Positions 16,902 through 30,600 of a stretch of DNA of 64,000 nucleotides are shown in pieces. Position numbers and translations under genes: made by a program. Source of the stretch: Eledone cirrhosa. Its lineage: Eukaryota. The notes beneath the pieces are model-generated. The model saw nothing but the letters and a program-made list of their open reading frames with translations. It did no database searches and was not told the origin of the DNA. The stretch lies in assembly GCA_964016885.1 (NCBI GenBank), contig OZ024742.1, positions 48,050,001 to 48,114,000 on the forward strand, written 5' to 3'. The first letter of the stretch is position 1, and each line of letters opens with the position of its first letter.

Positions 16902-17394
16902 TACACATACAACACACACACACACACATATATAAACATATACATATATATATACACACATATACACACATACATATATATATATATACACACACATATA
17001 TACACATATATACACACACACATATATACACACACATATATATATATATATATACACACGCACATATACATACACATACATACTTATATACATACAGACA
17101 TACACATACATACATATATATACACACATATACATACAGACATACATACATACGTACACACACACACACATACATACACACACATACATACTCATACATA
17201 GACATAGATATATATTCACACACACATATACGCACTTACATATACGCATATATACAAATACATACGCATCCATATATCCGTATATACATACAAACACCAC
17301 TACACTCTCACACAACTCAGACATACAAAGAAAAAGGTATATACATATACACATATACACATATAAATAGAGATACATATACATATATATATAT

Positions 17395-17461
<67 letters not shown>

Positions 17462-18443
17462 TACACACACATACACATACATACATACACATATACACAC
17501 ATACATATATAGTCACACACACACACACACCTACACACACATACACATACACATATATAAAGATATATATACACACATACACACACACACATATATAATA
17601 AACATATATATATATATATATATACATATATATATACATATACATACACATATACATACATACATACACATACATACATACATATACACACATATATATA
17701 CACACATACACACATACATACATACACACACACATACATACACACACATACATACTCATACATAGACATAGATATATATTCACACACACATACGCACTTA
17801 CATATACGCATATATACAAATACATACGCATCCATATATGCGTATATACATACACACACCACTACACTCTCACACAACTCAGACATACAAATAAAAAGGT
17901 ATATACATATACATATATACACACATAAATAGAGATACATATACACATATATGTATATATACATACATATATATATATATACCCTCACACACATACAACC
18001 ATAAACACACATACAAACACATACATACACACATATATACATATATATACACGCACACAAAAACACATATACACATATATATCTACATATATATATACAC
18101 ATATACACACCTTCACATATATATAAATACACATAAGTTATATTATAATAATAAATAATATATATATATATACACATACAAATATACATATACATAGACA
18201 TACATATATATATATATACACACACACACACACTCACATATATATGTGCGCACACGTACACATATACACATACACACATATACACATAAACATATACATG
18301 TGCATACATGTACATACACACATATACCCACATAGATACGAAGATACACATATATATAGAGAGACATACATATACATACACATATATACACACACATACA
18401 TACACACATATATATACACACACATACACGCCCACACACACAT

Positions 18444-18501
<58 letters not shown>

Positions 18502-18502
18502 G

Positions 18503-18550
<48 letters not shown>

Positions 18551-19752
18551 ATCATACATCCTTATTTGCATGCGCATATATGTATTTTTATACTCAGATA
18601 TAAACACCCAAACATATATACACCTACCTACATATATATTCATACATACATGCTTACAAATACAGATAATAATAGTATGGGGGAAAGGGGGGGGTGGAGA
18701 AGGGGATTATAGTAAATATATGTTTCAAGAAACATAGAATATTGAACTGTATTTGGATCTCAATATATGTTTTTACATAGTTTCAGTGTTAGGAAATGCA
18801 AGAAATAAGGCAAAATTATGCATTTCAATATAAGTATACCATTAATTATAGGTTAACTAAACTAAAGATAGTTAACATATTGATTTCTAAGGTGTAAATT
18901 AGTTAGGTTTATAATATTTGAAGCAGAATTTTGAAGTTAAATAGTAGTAGAGTATTAATTATAATATAACTAAATTAAAATTATTAACGTTATGGTATCA
19001 ATATTAGGAAATGAATTTAGTAATAGGGAAAAAACAAATAAAGTATTACATCGGTAGTAGAATATAAATTATAGGTTAACTAAATTAAAAATTATATATT
19101 AATTTCTATAGTATATGTTAATTAGGTATATAATAAATAAAACAGATATTGTATTTTATCAATAGCAGAATATAATTATATGCAAACAGAAATCAAAATT
19201 AATACATATACATATACATACATATACATATATATATATACACATATATATACATACATACACATACATATACATACATACATATACATATTTTTTCAAA
19301 AATTGCAAAGAATATATCAACTAGGTATACATCCAAAACACATCCCATTCTATGATTACATGACACTTTGCAATCCGTCTGTATTAGGATACTAATTTTA
19401 AGCCAATTAAATTAAATTTTTAGGTTGACTAAATTTAAAACCAAATTATAAATATATTTCTAAAATGTATATTAATTAGGTCTATAATACTAAAAATTAT
19501 TTCTCTGTCATTGAATACACGATATTTTGTTATATTTTATCTGTAAAGGAATTTTAATAAAGGGTTAAATAAATTAAAATTAATCTATAAATTAAATTAC
19601 TAAGTATATATTAGTAATATTTAAAGGTTTTTCACAATTTATGATTACACAATATTTTATATTCTCATCTGTAGTAGAATTTTAATTAAATTAAATTTAT
19701 AGGTTAACTAACATTTAAATTAAATTATATATTAATTTCTAAAATAATGTTA

Positions 19753-20493
19753 TTAATTAGGTTTATAATATTTAAATGTTTTTTTTTAGTTTATGATTAC
19801 ACGATATAATTAATTCCTGTCGTTTATTTAATAGGATATCCTTAGATTTCATTATTTCAAATAGTTCTTGGGAACATACTCTACATTCATTTCTATTATT
19901 TTGATAAGGGGTGGCTCTTTTGAGCACACTCCAGGTCAAATCATATTCTATATTCTTATTATTATAATTATTGATTTTTTCTGCTAGAGATGTTGTATTA
20001 GCCAGTGCGGCATTTTTAAAACTATGCTTGTGGGTATTAAACCTTGTCTTAAAATTGTTAGAAGTAGCTCCTATATATGAGCAAATAGAATCTTTAGTCT
20101 TAACATTACATTTATAGACTATGTTGTTAACAAGACAATTCCCTTTTAATGGGCAGTTTGCTTTGTTTCTACAGTGACAACCTTTCGTTAATTCTGTATT
20201 TGAGGAGATATTATGGTTAGTTTGATGTATTGGTGGTATACTTATGGTTTTCTTACATTTATATGCATTATAGGCACTTATATTTTGTTTTATGTTATTT
20301 GTTGTTGAGTATGAGAATTTAACTGTAGACCTATTTAAGATTTGATGGTATTTGTGGTTTGGCGGGAAGTTTTTCTCTAGGATATAAAAACATTTTTTAG
20401 CTATATTATCCTTAATTTGTAAATTAAATGGAGCATTATACCAAGTAACCCGTCTATTACGGTTTCTATGCTGTTTATTATTTTTATTATTTT
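19753..20493 (-). pseudogene. Inverted duplicate of the PLE endonuclease coding region
   Basis: Reverse complement of 20849-21588 with a few substitutions. Confidence 0.9.
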
Positions 20494-20616
20494 GATAAAA
20501 ATGCGACCTTCTATAACGAAGCTCTAGATAGAAGTGGCCACAAAAATAGATTAGAATATATACCTTCTACTAAAAATACTAAAAACATACAACCTAATAT
20601 TACCAACAAACACCAA

Positions 20617-21588
20617 ATGAAAAGTACACACCTAAATGCCACCCACACTATACCCCAAAATACCAAATCTTCTAATATAAAATATAGTAACTCTCAAAAA
20701 ACTACTCATCATACAACTCTAATAAATATTAATAATAAAACTCCTAATAAAAAAGATAAAACACCTAAATCTACAAATATAACTAAAAATGGTTGTGGTG
20801 AGATCATTAACATTAATCCTCCTAGTAAACATCACGATACAACCTATAAAAATAATAAAAATAATAAACAGCATAGAAACCGTAATAGACGGGTTACTTG
20901 GTATAATGCTCCGTTTAATTTACAAATTAAGGAAAACATAGCTAAAAAAATTTTTTATATCCTAGAGAAAAACTTCCCGCCAAACCACAAATACCATCAA
21001 ATCTTAAATAGGTCTACAGTTAAATTCTCATACTCAACAACAAATAACATAAAACAAAATATAAGTGCCTATAATGCATATAAATGTAAGAAAACCATAA
21101 GTATACCACCAATACATCAAACTAACCATAATATCTCCTCAAATACAGAATTAACGAAAGGTTGTAACTGTAGAAACAAAGCAAACTGCCCATTAAAAGG
21201 GAATTGTCTTGTTAACAACATAGTCTATAAATGTAATGTTAAGACTAAAGATTCTATTTGCTCATATATAGGAGCTACTTCTAACAATTTTAAGACAAGG
21301 TTTAATACCCACAAGCATAGTTTTAAAAATGCCGCACTGGCTAATACAACATCTCTAGCAGAAAAAATCAATAATTATAATAATAAGAATATAGAATATG
21401 ATTTGACCTGGAGTGTGCTCAAAAGAGCCACCCCTTATCAAAATAATAGAAATGAATGTAGATTATGTTCCCAAGAACTATTTGAAATAATGAAATCTAA
21501 GGATATCCTATTAAATAAACGACAGGAATTAATTATATCGTGTAATCATAAACTAAAAAAAACATTTAAATATTATAAACCTAATTAA
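20617..21588 (+). CDS. 5'-truncated Penelope-like (Naiad-type) ORF: thumb/linker, CxCx5Cx5C finger and GIY-YIG endonuclease
   Basis: RRVTWYNAPF, CNCRNKANCPLKGNC, NIVYKC...YIGAT..FKTRFNTHKHSF, CRLCSQE, LLNKRQEL..CNH. The frame is open back to the 20494 junction (FYNEALDRSGH), so the listed ATG is internal. The RT core is absent. Confidence 0.88.
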   Translation: MKSTHLNATHTIPQNTKSSNIKYSNSQKTTHHTTLININNKTPNKKDKTPKSTNITKNGCGEIININPPSKHHDTTYKNNKNNKQHRNRNRRVTWYNAPFNLQIKENIAKKIFYILEKNFPPNHKYHQILNRSTVKFSYSTTNNIKQNISAYNAYKCKKTISIPPIHQTNHNISSNTELTKGCNCRNKANCPLKGNCLVNNIVYKCNVKTKDSICSYIGATSNNFKTRFNTHKHSFKNAALANTTSLAEKINNYNNKNIEYDLTWSVLKRATPYQNNRNECRLCSQELFEIMKSKDILLNKRQELIISCNHKLKKTFKYYKPN

Positions 21589-22793
21589 TAACATTATTTT
21601 AGAAATTAATATATAATTTAATTTAAATGTTAGTTAACCTATAAATTTAATTTAATTAAAATTCTACTACAGATGAGAATATAAAATATTGTGTAATCAT
21701 AAATTGTGAAAAACCTTTAAATATTACTAATATATACTTAGTAATTTAATTTATAGATTAATTTTAATTTATTTAACCCTTTATTAAAATTCCTTTACAG
21801 ATAAAATATAACAAAATATCGTGTATTCAATGACAGAGAAATAATTTTTAGTATTATAGACCTAATTAATATACATTTTAGAAATATATTTATAATTTGG
21901 TTTTAAATTTAGTCAACCTAAAAATTTAATTTAATTGGCTTAAAATTAGTATCCTAATACAGACGGATTGCAAAGTGTCATGTAATCATAGAATGGGATG
22001 TGTTTTGGATGTAAACCTAGTTGATATATTCTTTGCAATTTTTGAAAAAATATGTATATGTATGTATGTATATGTATGTGTATGTCTGTATATATATGTG
22101 TATATATATATATGTATATGTATGTATATGTATATGTATTAATTTTGATTTCTGTTTGCATATAATTATATTCTGCTATTGATAAAATACAATATCTGTT
22201 TTATTTATTATATACCTAATTAACATATACTATAGAAATTAATATATAATTTTTAATTTAGTTAACCTATAATTTATATTCTACTACCGATGTAATACTT
22301 TATTTGTTTTTTCCCTATTACTAAATTCATTTCCTAATATTGATACCATAACGTTAATAATTTTAATTTAGTTATACTATAATTAATACTCTACTACTAT
22401 TTAACTTCAAAATTCTGCTTCAAATATTATAAACCTAACTAATTTACACCTTAGAAATCAATATGTTAACTATCTTTAGTTTAGTTAACCTATAATTAAT
22501 GGTATACTTATATTGAAATGCATAATTTTGCCTTATTTCTTGCATTTCCTAACACTGAAACTATGTAAAAACATATATTGAGATCCAAATACAGTTTAAT
22601 ATTCTATGTTTCTTGAAACATATATTTACTATAATCCCCTTCTCCACCCCCCCCCCCTTTCCCCCATACTATTATTATCTGTATTTGTAAGCATGTATGT
22701 ATGAATATATATGTAGGTAGGTGTATATATGTTTGGGTGTTTATATCTGAGTATAAACATACATATATGCGCATGCAAATAAGGATGTATGAT

Positions 22794-22824
<31 letters not shown>

Positions 22825-22830
22825 GTATGC

Positions 22831-22876
<46 letters not shown>

Positions 22877-23867
22877 ATGTGTGTGTGGGCGTGTATGTGT
22901 GTGTATATATATGTGTGTATGTATGTGTGTGTATATATGTGTATGAATATGTATGTCTCTCTATATATATGTGTATCTTCGTATCTATGTGGGTATATGT
23001 GTGTATGTACATGTATGCACATGTATATGTTTATGTGTATATGTGTGTATGTGTATATGTGTACGTGTGTGCACATATATATGTGACTGTGTGTGTGTGT
23101 GTGTATATATATATATGTATGTCTATGTATATGTATATTTGTATGTGTATATATATATATATATTATTTATTATTATAATATAACTTATGTGTATTTATA
23201 TATATGTGAAGGTGTGTATATGTGTATATATATATGTAGATATATATGTGTATATGTGTTTTTGTGTGTGTGTATATATATGTATATATGTGTGTATGTA
23301 TGTGTTTGTATGTGTGTTTATGGTTGTATGTGTGTGTGGGTATATATATATATATGTATGTATATATACATATATGTGTATATGTATCTCTATTTATGTG
23401 TGTATATATGTATATGTATATACCTTTTTATTTTATGTCTGAGTTGTGTGAGAGTGTAGTGGTGTGTGTATGTATATACGCATATATGGATGCGTATGTA
23501 TTTGTATATATGCGTATATGTAAGTGCGTATGTGTGTGTGAATATATATCTATGTCTATGTATGAGTATGTATGTGTGTGTATGTATGTGTGTGTGTATG
23601 TATGTATGTGTGTATGTGTGTATATATATGTGTGTATATGTATGTATGTATGTGTATGTATGTATGTATATGTGTATGTATATGTATATATATATGTATA
23701 TATATATATATATATATGTTTATTATATATGTGTGTGTGTGTATCTGTGTATATATATCTTTATATATGTGTATGTGTATGTGTGTGTAGGTGTGTGTGT
23801 GTGTGTGACTATATATGTATGTGTGTATATGTGTATGTATGTATGTGTATGTGTGTGTACATATGTG

Positions 23868-23920
<53 letters not shown>

Positions 23921-24409
23921 ATATATATATATGTATATGTATCTCTATTTATATGTGTATATGTGTATATGTATATACCTTTTTCTTTGTATGTCTGAGT
24001 TGTGTGAGAGTGTAGTGGTGTTTGTATGTATATACGGATATATGGATGCGTATGTATTTGTATATATGCGTATATGTAAGTGCGTATATGTGTGTGTGAA
24101 TATATATCTATGTCTATGTATGAGTATGTATGTGTGTGTATGTATGTGTGTGTGTGTGTACGTATGTATGTATGTCTGTATGTATATGTGTGTATATATA
24201 TGTATGTATGTGTATGTCTGTATGTATATAAGTATGTATGTGTATGTATATGTGCGTGTGTATATATATATATATATGTGTGTATATATGTGTGTGTGTA
24301 TATATGTGTATATATGTGTGTGTATATATATATATATGTATGTGTGTATATGTGTGTATATATATATGTATATGTTTATATATGTGTGTGTGTGTGTGTT
24401 GTATGTGTA

Positions 24410-24449
<40 letters not shown>

Positions 24450-25060
24450 CTTGATATATTTCTTTTTTCTTTTTTCTTTTTCTTTTCTTTTCTTTTTATT
24501 TCTAAGTTTATAGATACATCTATAAATAAGCAGTCTGCCGAAACCGTTGAATACTGACCTTTCCCCCCCCCCTCCCACCTAATTTCTGTATCTTGATCTA
24601 AATGTGTGTGGCAGTGTTTATGTGCGTGCATTAATATCCATATGCTCATGATAATACTATATCCACATATATATGTGTGTGGGGGTGTGTGTGTGTATGT
24701 ATGTTCGTAGTTATGTGTATGTTTATGCATATACGCGCGTGTGTGTGTGAGTGTACGGATATGTGTGAGTATGTGAATATGTGTATACATTTATTTCATA
24801 TTTGTGTGTCTATACGCATTTTATCTGTGGATTATAAACTTACAGAGACATTAGCCTTGAATTTTTGTATTTGCATACATCTTTTTGGCATGCGTATGCA
24901 TGTGAGCATATATCTTTGTATAAATATGTGTACGAAGTTAATTACATGTATATACACACACCAAACTGCATAAAATTTTTTGTATTTTCATTGGTCAATT
25001 TGAACTCCGTTCCCAAACGGACCTGAAATTTTGAATTGTTGTTATTATCAATAAATATAT

Positions 25061-25215
25061 TTCATTATTTCTGAAGACGGCATATATGTGTGTTTGGTAT
25101 GTATATTTAATCTTGATAGTTTGTATAATTTTGTATAATTTTGTACATAGATCTGTTGAATATGCATGCCAATTCTAACACATATATATCCTAGAAACGA
25201 TCGTTAAATAATGAA
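25061..25215 (+). ncRNA. Type I hammerhead ribozyme with very long stem II in PLE pLTR
   Basis: Stem I ttcattattt/aaataatgaa (10 bp), CTGAAGA at 25071-25077, ~115-nt self-complementary stem II, GAAA, palindromic stem III ACGATCGT, GUU triplet. Confidence 0.82.
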
Positions 25216-27299
25216 CTTTTTTTGTTTAATATAAGGAACTGTTTCATTGTTTTATTCATTATTTTTTTTATATTTTATATATATATATATATATGACCCA
25301 GATATACACATATATACACATACATGCAGGCATACTATTGTATACATACCGACATAAAGAGGGGAGAGAGAAAGGCGGAAGTAGAGGTAAAAGAGAGAAA
25401 CATATATATGCATACTGATGTCATTTTGTGTTTTTGTATGCAACTGTTTCTATTGTCTCAACATTTGAATGAATCTATTGAATGCAATTCATAGAAAATT
25501 TGAATAAATATTATGAAAACGCTGATCTAATTCTTCGTTTCAGACATTATGAAAGTTTTCACAAAATAAGATTACCAACATTTATTTGAAAAACTTAAAA
25601 TTTGTTTGTAAATTAAATACAAAACAAACGAAAATGTGCTATACTGTTTAAAGGAAGTTTAAAATATATACACGTAAGTAGAATTACTTTTAACAGCTTA
25701 TTTGTGAAAAGACTTAAATAAAATAAGAACAAACAATCGGAATTATCCTTTAACACTTATAAACTATTTATGAAGAAAGTTAAGAAAATTTTACAAAAAC
25801 TTATATGTTATGAATGTCTCATAACAGTCTTAAATTCGAATTTTTATTTATTTATATAAAATGATGTGACTGGTAAATAAGGATTTCCTTAAGAAGCAAA
25901 TATTTAAAAATATAAATAATGTTACTTAAGGTCTTTAGCACCTGTTTCTTCTTTAGATATTATGAAGCCTTTCATGAAAATGGATTACGTGAGAATTACG
26001 AAAGAAACGACAAAACGGATGAGACAACGAAGGAAATAATATGTAGCAGTAACCAAGGAGTTAACTAAATAACTCAGAAGCACAACAATATACTTGGCTA
26101 TACAGTGAAGAAAACGGACGGAATTACTGAAAGTATTTCATAAAAATGTGTTCTCTATTTAAGAATATTGTTTTCCAATTTACGCATAATTTTAGAGTTT
26201 GATGAAGGTCGAGTAAATCTTGACCAGTACGTTACTGGGACTTTATTTCAAGGAATCATGCACATTTAACCTCGACGAAATTTCAACTGAACAAATGAAA
26301 TGCCGGAATAAATCTTAAGAAAGTAAAATCAGTTACTCAACCAATATAGGAAATATTGAGAATTGCAAAATATCCCAGACTTTATGAAAAATATAATGTA
26401 TTAGTTGAAATCTTATGAATATTCGAAACTATATATGTTAAAGCCCATTTAGTAAAATTGTATATACGGTTTTATACTGTCTGACCAGCCTAGGTTATTG
26501 TAATTGGTAGGATGAAGAATATCTAGTTGTGATTCTCGGCGAAATATGTGTCACGGTTTTATAGATATCTGTAAATCAACTGCATATGGCCTCCGATCAT
26601 TTTAATTATATATATATATACATACACACGTATAAGTTGTTTTATTGATTTTACATTTGCTCATGTTTGCTATATTTATCTTTCAATTAGCTGTGCTTAA
26701 ATGGTAGATATATTTCTATGTTTTCAACGTTTTACTGATTTTGAATTTTTTATTCGGTTTCCTATTGTTTTTGGTTTTAACTTGGCATCTGTGTGTATTG
26801 CTTTGTTTATTTATTAATACACTGCACTTGGATACTCTACTACATACCTTGGTGCATAATCGATCTTTCACTTATAAAAAGAATATAATTTAATGCGTTT
26901 AGCTAACTGGCACTGCAATATGTTTGATCTTGTCATTGCAGTTGTTATATCAGACGTATAGTAATTAGGACGAATGAAATTGTTTAGCTACGTCAATACA
27001 CACAATCGGTTAGGACAGGAGGTATTACATCTAATGTGTGTTTGGTATATTGAAATGTGGAAATGCTGGAATATATATATATCCTATTCCACGTGGTTAT
27101 GGTGGAACTGATGATGTTAAAAATGTGTCCTCAGAAATGTGGTTGTAGCGAGATTAGGAGGTATGACCAGTACTTTTTGTGACCACCGATTAAGGTTGCC
27201 TCGAAGATCTGTCCAGTTTAGCGAGTCATTTGCACTTATGTGTTTGTGCATTGGGGGAGCGTAGAGAGCAGTTAGGGCTATGTTGTTAATAAGTTCATT

Positions 27300-28400
27300 A
27301 TTTTACGGTCGTTTCAGAGAGTCAATTGATCGTGGAATATCTATGTACCCACTAGCATAGTAGTGGATAGGTGAGTGTGATGGGGCGCAACCTCTCTGCT
27401 ATTCTGGTGAGTTATGTTGGCTTGGCTTCCAGGTACCGTCTTTTGAAAACATTTGTAAAAAAAACGAATGCAACCGGGATGGATGTTGTGTATGGCATCG
27501 TGATATTCGGCCTCTAGCTAACGTTTATCACTTTTGACTTGGATGGGTTGATCTAGAGTCTGAGGAGCATTACATCTGGAATTATTAGCTTAAGCTCCTC
27601 AACTATCGTCTCAGCCGAAACACGTAGGTTCGGGTCTACCAGGTACCAAATTTTGAAGGGTGACCGGACAGAACGGGCAAAGTATATTACTGGCATCACA
27701 AAGAGGAGAGTGCCAAGTGTGTCTCCTTGCTGGACACCCGTAGTGGAATTAATCCTGTTGTCAGTGGTCATGAGTAAGCTGGGTCTTACGTAAGGATAAA
27801 TGGAGATTCCTCGTTTGAGAAACGTCCCTAGGACGTGATCCCACATAACGATGTTGAATATGTTCATCATGTCCATCTTCACAAAGAGGTGGGGTGATGA
27901 AGGAGGCAAGAGCTCTATAAAATATCTAGCTGCATGAGCTCTGGCAGCATATCCACACTTGATTTATTCTCCGGGTTGGACAGGGCAGCTACTATGTCCT
28001 CACTGGATCAAGCTGGTAAAAGATTACTGGCTGGGGTTGGAACGTCGCTGATGTCAGGCTGCTGAGTCCGGATATTTTTGGCAAAGCACTGTCGAGACAT
28101 CCGGTGTGGGGCGGAGTAAAATATTGCTCTAGGCTAGTAGACGTACCGCCGCCGAAACGTCACCCTCGAATAGTTTGAGGTTGATTCAGTCACGAAGACC
28201 TTTCGGGCGGTCGGAAATCGACTGCTGGATTCGGGTCACCGTTGAACCAATCCCCTTTGACAGCGAGGTGGATAAGGATTTCGGGCAGAGCCCCCTATGC
28301 AGGGATTTTGAGTTTAACGCAAGAGGGGTAGAAGAGGCTGTTACAGTGGGAGCAGTTCTTTCCTATGTCACACGTGGGCGACGAGTGACACTGATTGTCC
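27300..28400 (-). mobile_element. Degraded CRE-like (RLE-type) non-LTR retrotransposon RT fragment
   Basis: FVKMDMMNIFN...STTGVQQGDTLGTLLF...IWYLVD resembles CRE-clade RT motifs (LDFxNAFN, GVQQGDPLGPLLF, WYLDD). Boundaries approximate. Confidence 0.6.
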
Positions 28401-28654
28401 TCTCACTGTGTGAAATGCTGGGAAGAGGCGGGTATTTGTATCTGGAGTGTTTGAGGTGGAGGTGGAACGTTGTAAATAGGGAGAGTATGGGATGGTTGGT
28501 AGGTGTGTAGGAGATAATGTGAGGGAGAGGTAGAAAGGGAGTGATCGGCGAAGAATAGGAGGATAATGTGTGGAGGGATAAAGGGGAGAGAAAAAGGATA
28601 GAGTGTGTTTATGTAAGCCATACCCAGTACATATTCAGTGGCGTACTGTAGTAG

Positions 28655-28860
28655 GTACTAGTAGTAGGTACTAGAGACGGTGGATATCCTCGTCTTGAGT
28701 TCAATCCCTATCGAGAGGTGAATGTAATTTGTATCAAATGTTATTTTACATCCTATAAAAAAACTGAACAGTTTTACAGGTAATCCGATTCCCGACCAGG
28801 ATCGAACTTCAAACAAGGATTACCACCGACTATGATTCCGCCAACTAGGCCGCCGAAACA
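28655..28860. repeat. Two convergent tRNA-like (Pol III B-box) heads; a related head lies at ~29545-29620
   Basis: gagttcaatccc on + near 28697, rc aagttcgatcctgg near 28795, and ggttcaatcctgg near 29593. All are preceded by a similar ggtggatat/ggtggtaat segment. Confidence 0.4.
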
Positions 28861-29081
28861 GCTACAAAAGTATACTGAAAATTAATAATTATAAACCTAC
28901 TTTCAAAGTCAAATTTAAAAATATGTGGTGTCGTCCATGTCTTTCCTAGAGCTATTCGTCATATTTACGGACGACTTGTGAATCATCTGGCTCTTTGGTA
29001 ACAACCTTATTATTCCTATGTGTTTAACTGTTGAATTAATTTAATTTGATTATTTTAACAAACGTATACTTTATATATACG

Positions 29082-29165
<84 letters not shown>

Positions 29166-29879
29166 CTCTCTCTCTCTCTCTCTGTCACACACTCACACAC
29201 ACATATATATATATATAATTATATCAAATTTGAATCTGACATGCAAAACAAATATATATATATGTGAATAAAGTAAGCCCAGATCATAGTAGATTCAAAT
29301 ATCGTAGAGAGAAATACAGAGAGAGAGAGTTAGAGAGGGAATGAGGTGCAACAGAAAGGAAACATGGTTTACAGGTTAAAATATAATATAGATAGATGAG
29401 AAAAAAATGACGATGTAGTTTATGGAACAGCCAAATGATTTATAAGTCGCCCTTAAAGACATGAGCGATACCACATAATTTTCCTTTGAAAATGTTGAAA
29501 GTAGATTTATAAGCACGAATTTACAGTATATTTCCGTTGTTGTCTCAGTGGACTAGCGGTAGGTACGAGAGGCGGTGGATATACTGGACTTCGGTTCAAT
29601 CCTGGCCAAGAGGTACATGTAAACTTTTTCAGTTTTAATTTACACTGATCAGAGCAAACAACACGGACAGATGTAAGAAAAACCACAGACCCTCCATCTC
29701 AACTCACCTTTTGAAAAGCAGAAGAACTGCGAAACCTGTAAAGGAACCAAATAAATATATATATTTTTTTTTTAAATAAGACTCCAGTTGCATTTTCGAT
29801 TTCATCTCTTTTCCTTTATACTTTCACTCGTGTAGGACACCTCGGTTATTTTTCATTTTTTAAAAAAATAAAACCTCAC

Positions 29880-29920
<41 letters not shown>

Positions 29921-29927
<7 letters not shown>

Positions 29928-30005
29928 ATAATAATAAATTTGAAGACTAAAATCCAAAGCAGCGATTCTTTGCTTAAACTTTAATCTGTTATTTTAATAA
30001 ATATA
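29921..30005. mobile_element. Minimal two-ended Naiad pLTR remnant in (TA)n
   Basis: Reverse-oriented tail tagtaataataataaatttgaagactaaaatccaaag is joined to forward agcagcgattctttgcttaaactttaatctgttattttaataaat. Confidence 0.8.
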
Positions 30006-30434
30006 TATATATATGTGTGTATATATATTGAGTGAGTGTTAATGACCAAAGGTCATTATTGAAAGACTCTGCATTTTGCAAACTACATAATATTTCTTAT
30101 TGGAGAATGTAAGATATTCCTCTGCAAAAATGTGATTCCCCCATTTTCTTTCCACTCATGTATTATTTGAAAAGGTTATTTATTCATTATAAAAATTAAA
30201 TGAGAGTATTCTATATATAGGTCAGCCTCCTTCATCTCCTGGCAACCAATATTTTTAGATCCAGTCCGCCACTGTACATATTGGATATACAGACGGGAGA
30301 GAAGGTAATTAATGCATATCAAGTAAGGTATCACACATAGATATTGGGTTTACATACAGGAGAGAAAAATAGTTAATTAATATATATCCTGTAGTATTTT
30401 CCAAACTGTAGGATGTAAATAATCCTTTCTGATT

Positions 30435-30600
30435 GAGGCACGAGGCCAACAATTTTCGGGTAGGGGAAAGTCAAATACATCAGCCACAGTACTTTATTGC
30501 CACTTTATTTTATCGACCCTGTAGTGATGAAAGGCAAAGCTAACATCGGCGGGATTTGAACTCAGAACGCAAAGAGACGCGATCCTACGCCACGAAGCCT
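30435..30600 (-). mobile_element. tRNA-derived SINE (Meta-like core); relatives at ~26210-26300, 44150-44300, 62745-62830, 63055-63165
   Basis: rc gagttcaaatcccgccg..gctttgcctttcatc..gggtcgataaaataaag gives a B box plus a conserved core that recurs in the window. The core name is recalled, not searched. Confidence 0.65.

Larger units (their letters stand above)
15909..25276 (+). mobile_element. Naiad-like Penelope insertion forming a giant palindrome (arms ~4.4 kb)
   Basis: 16054-20493 is the near-identical reverse complement of 20849-25268, with a ~355 bp spacer. GIY-YIG ORF at the centre, HHR near each outer end, (TA)n at both flanks. Confidence 0.92.

Noticed and set aside
16347-24973. 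Many long ORFs rich in Y/I/H/T or C/V/M (also at 477-746, 1792-2432, 6166-6507, 33272-33789 and elsewhere)
   Set aside because: They are translations of TA/CA/TG microsatellites that lack stop codons, not genes.
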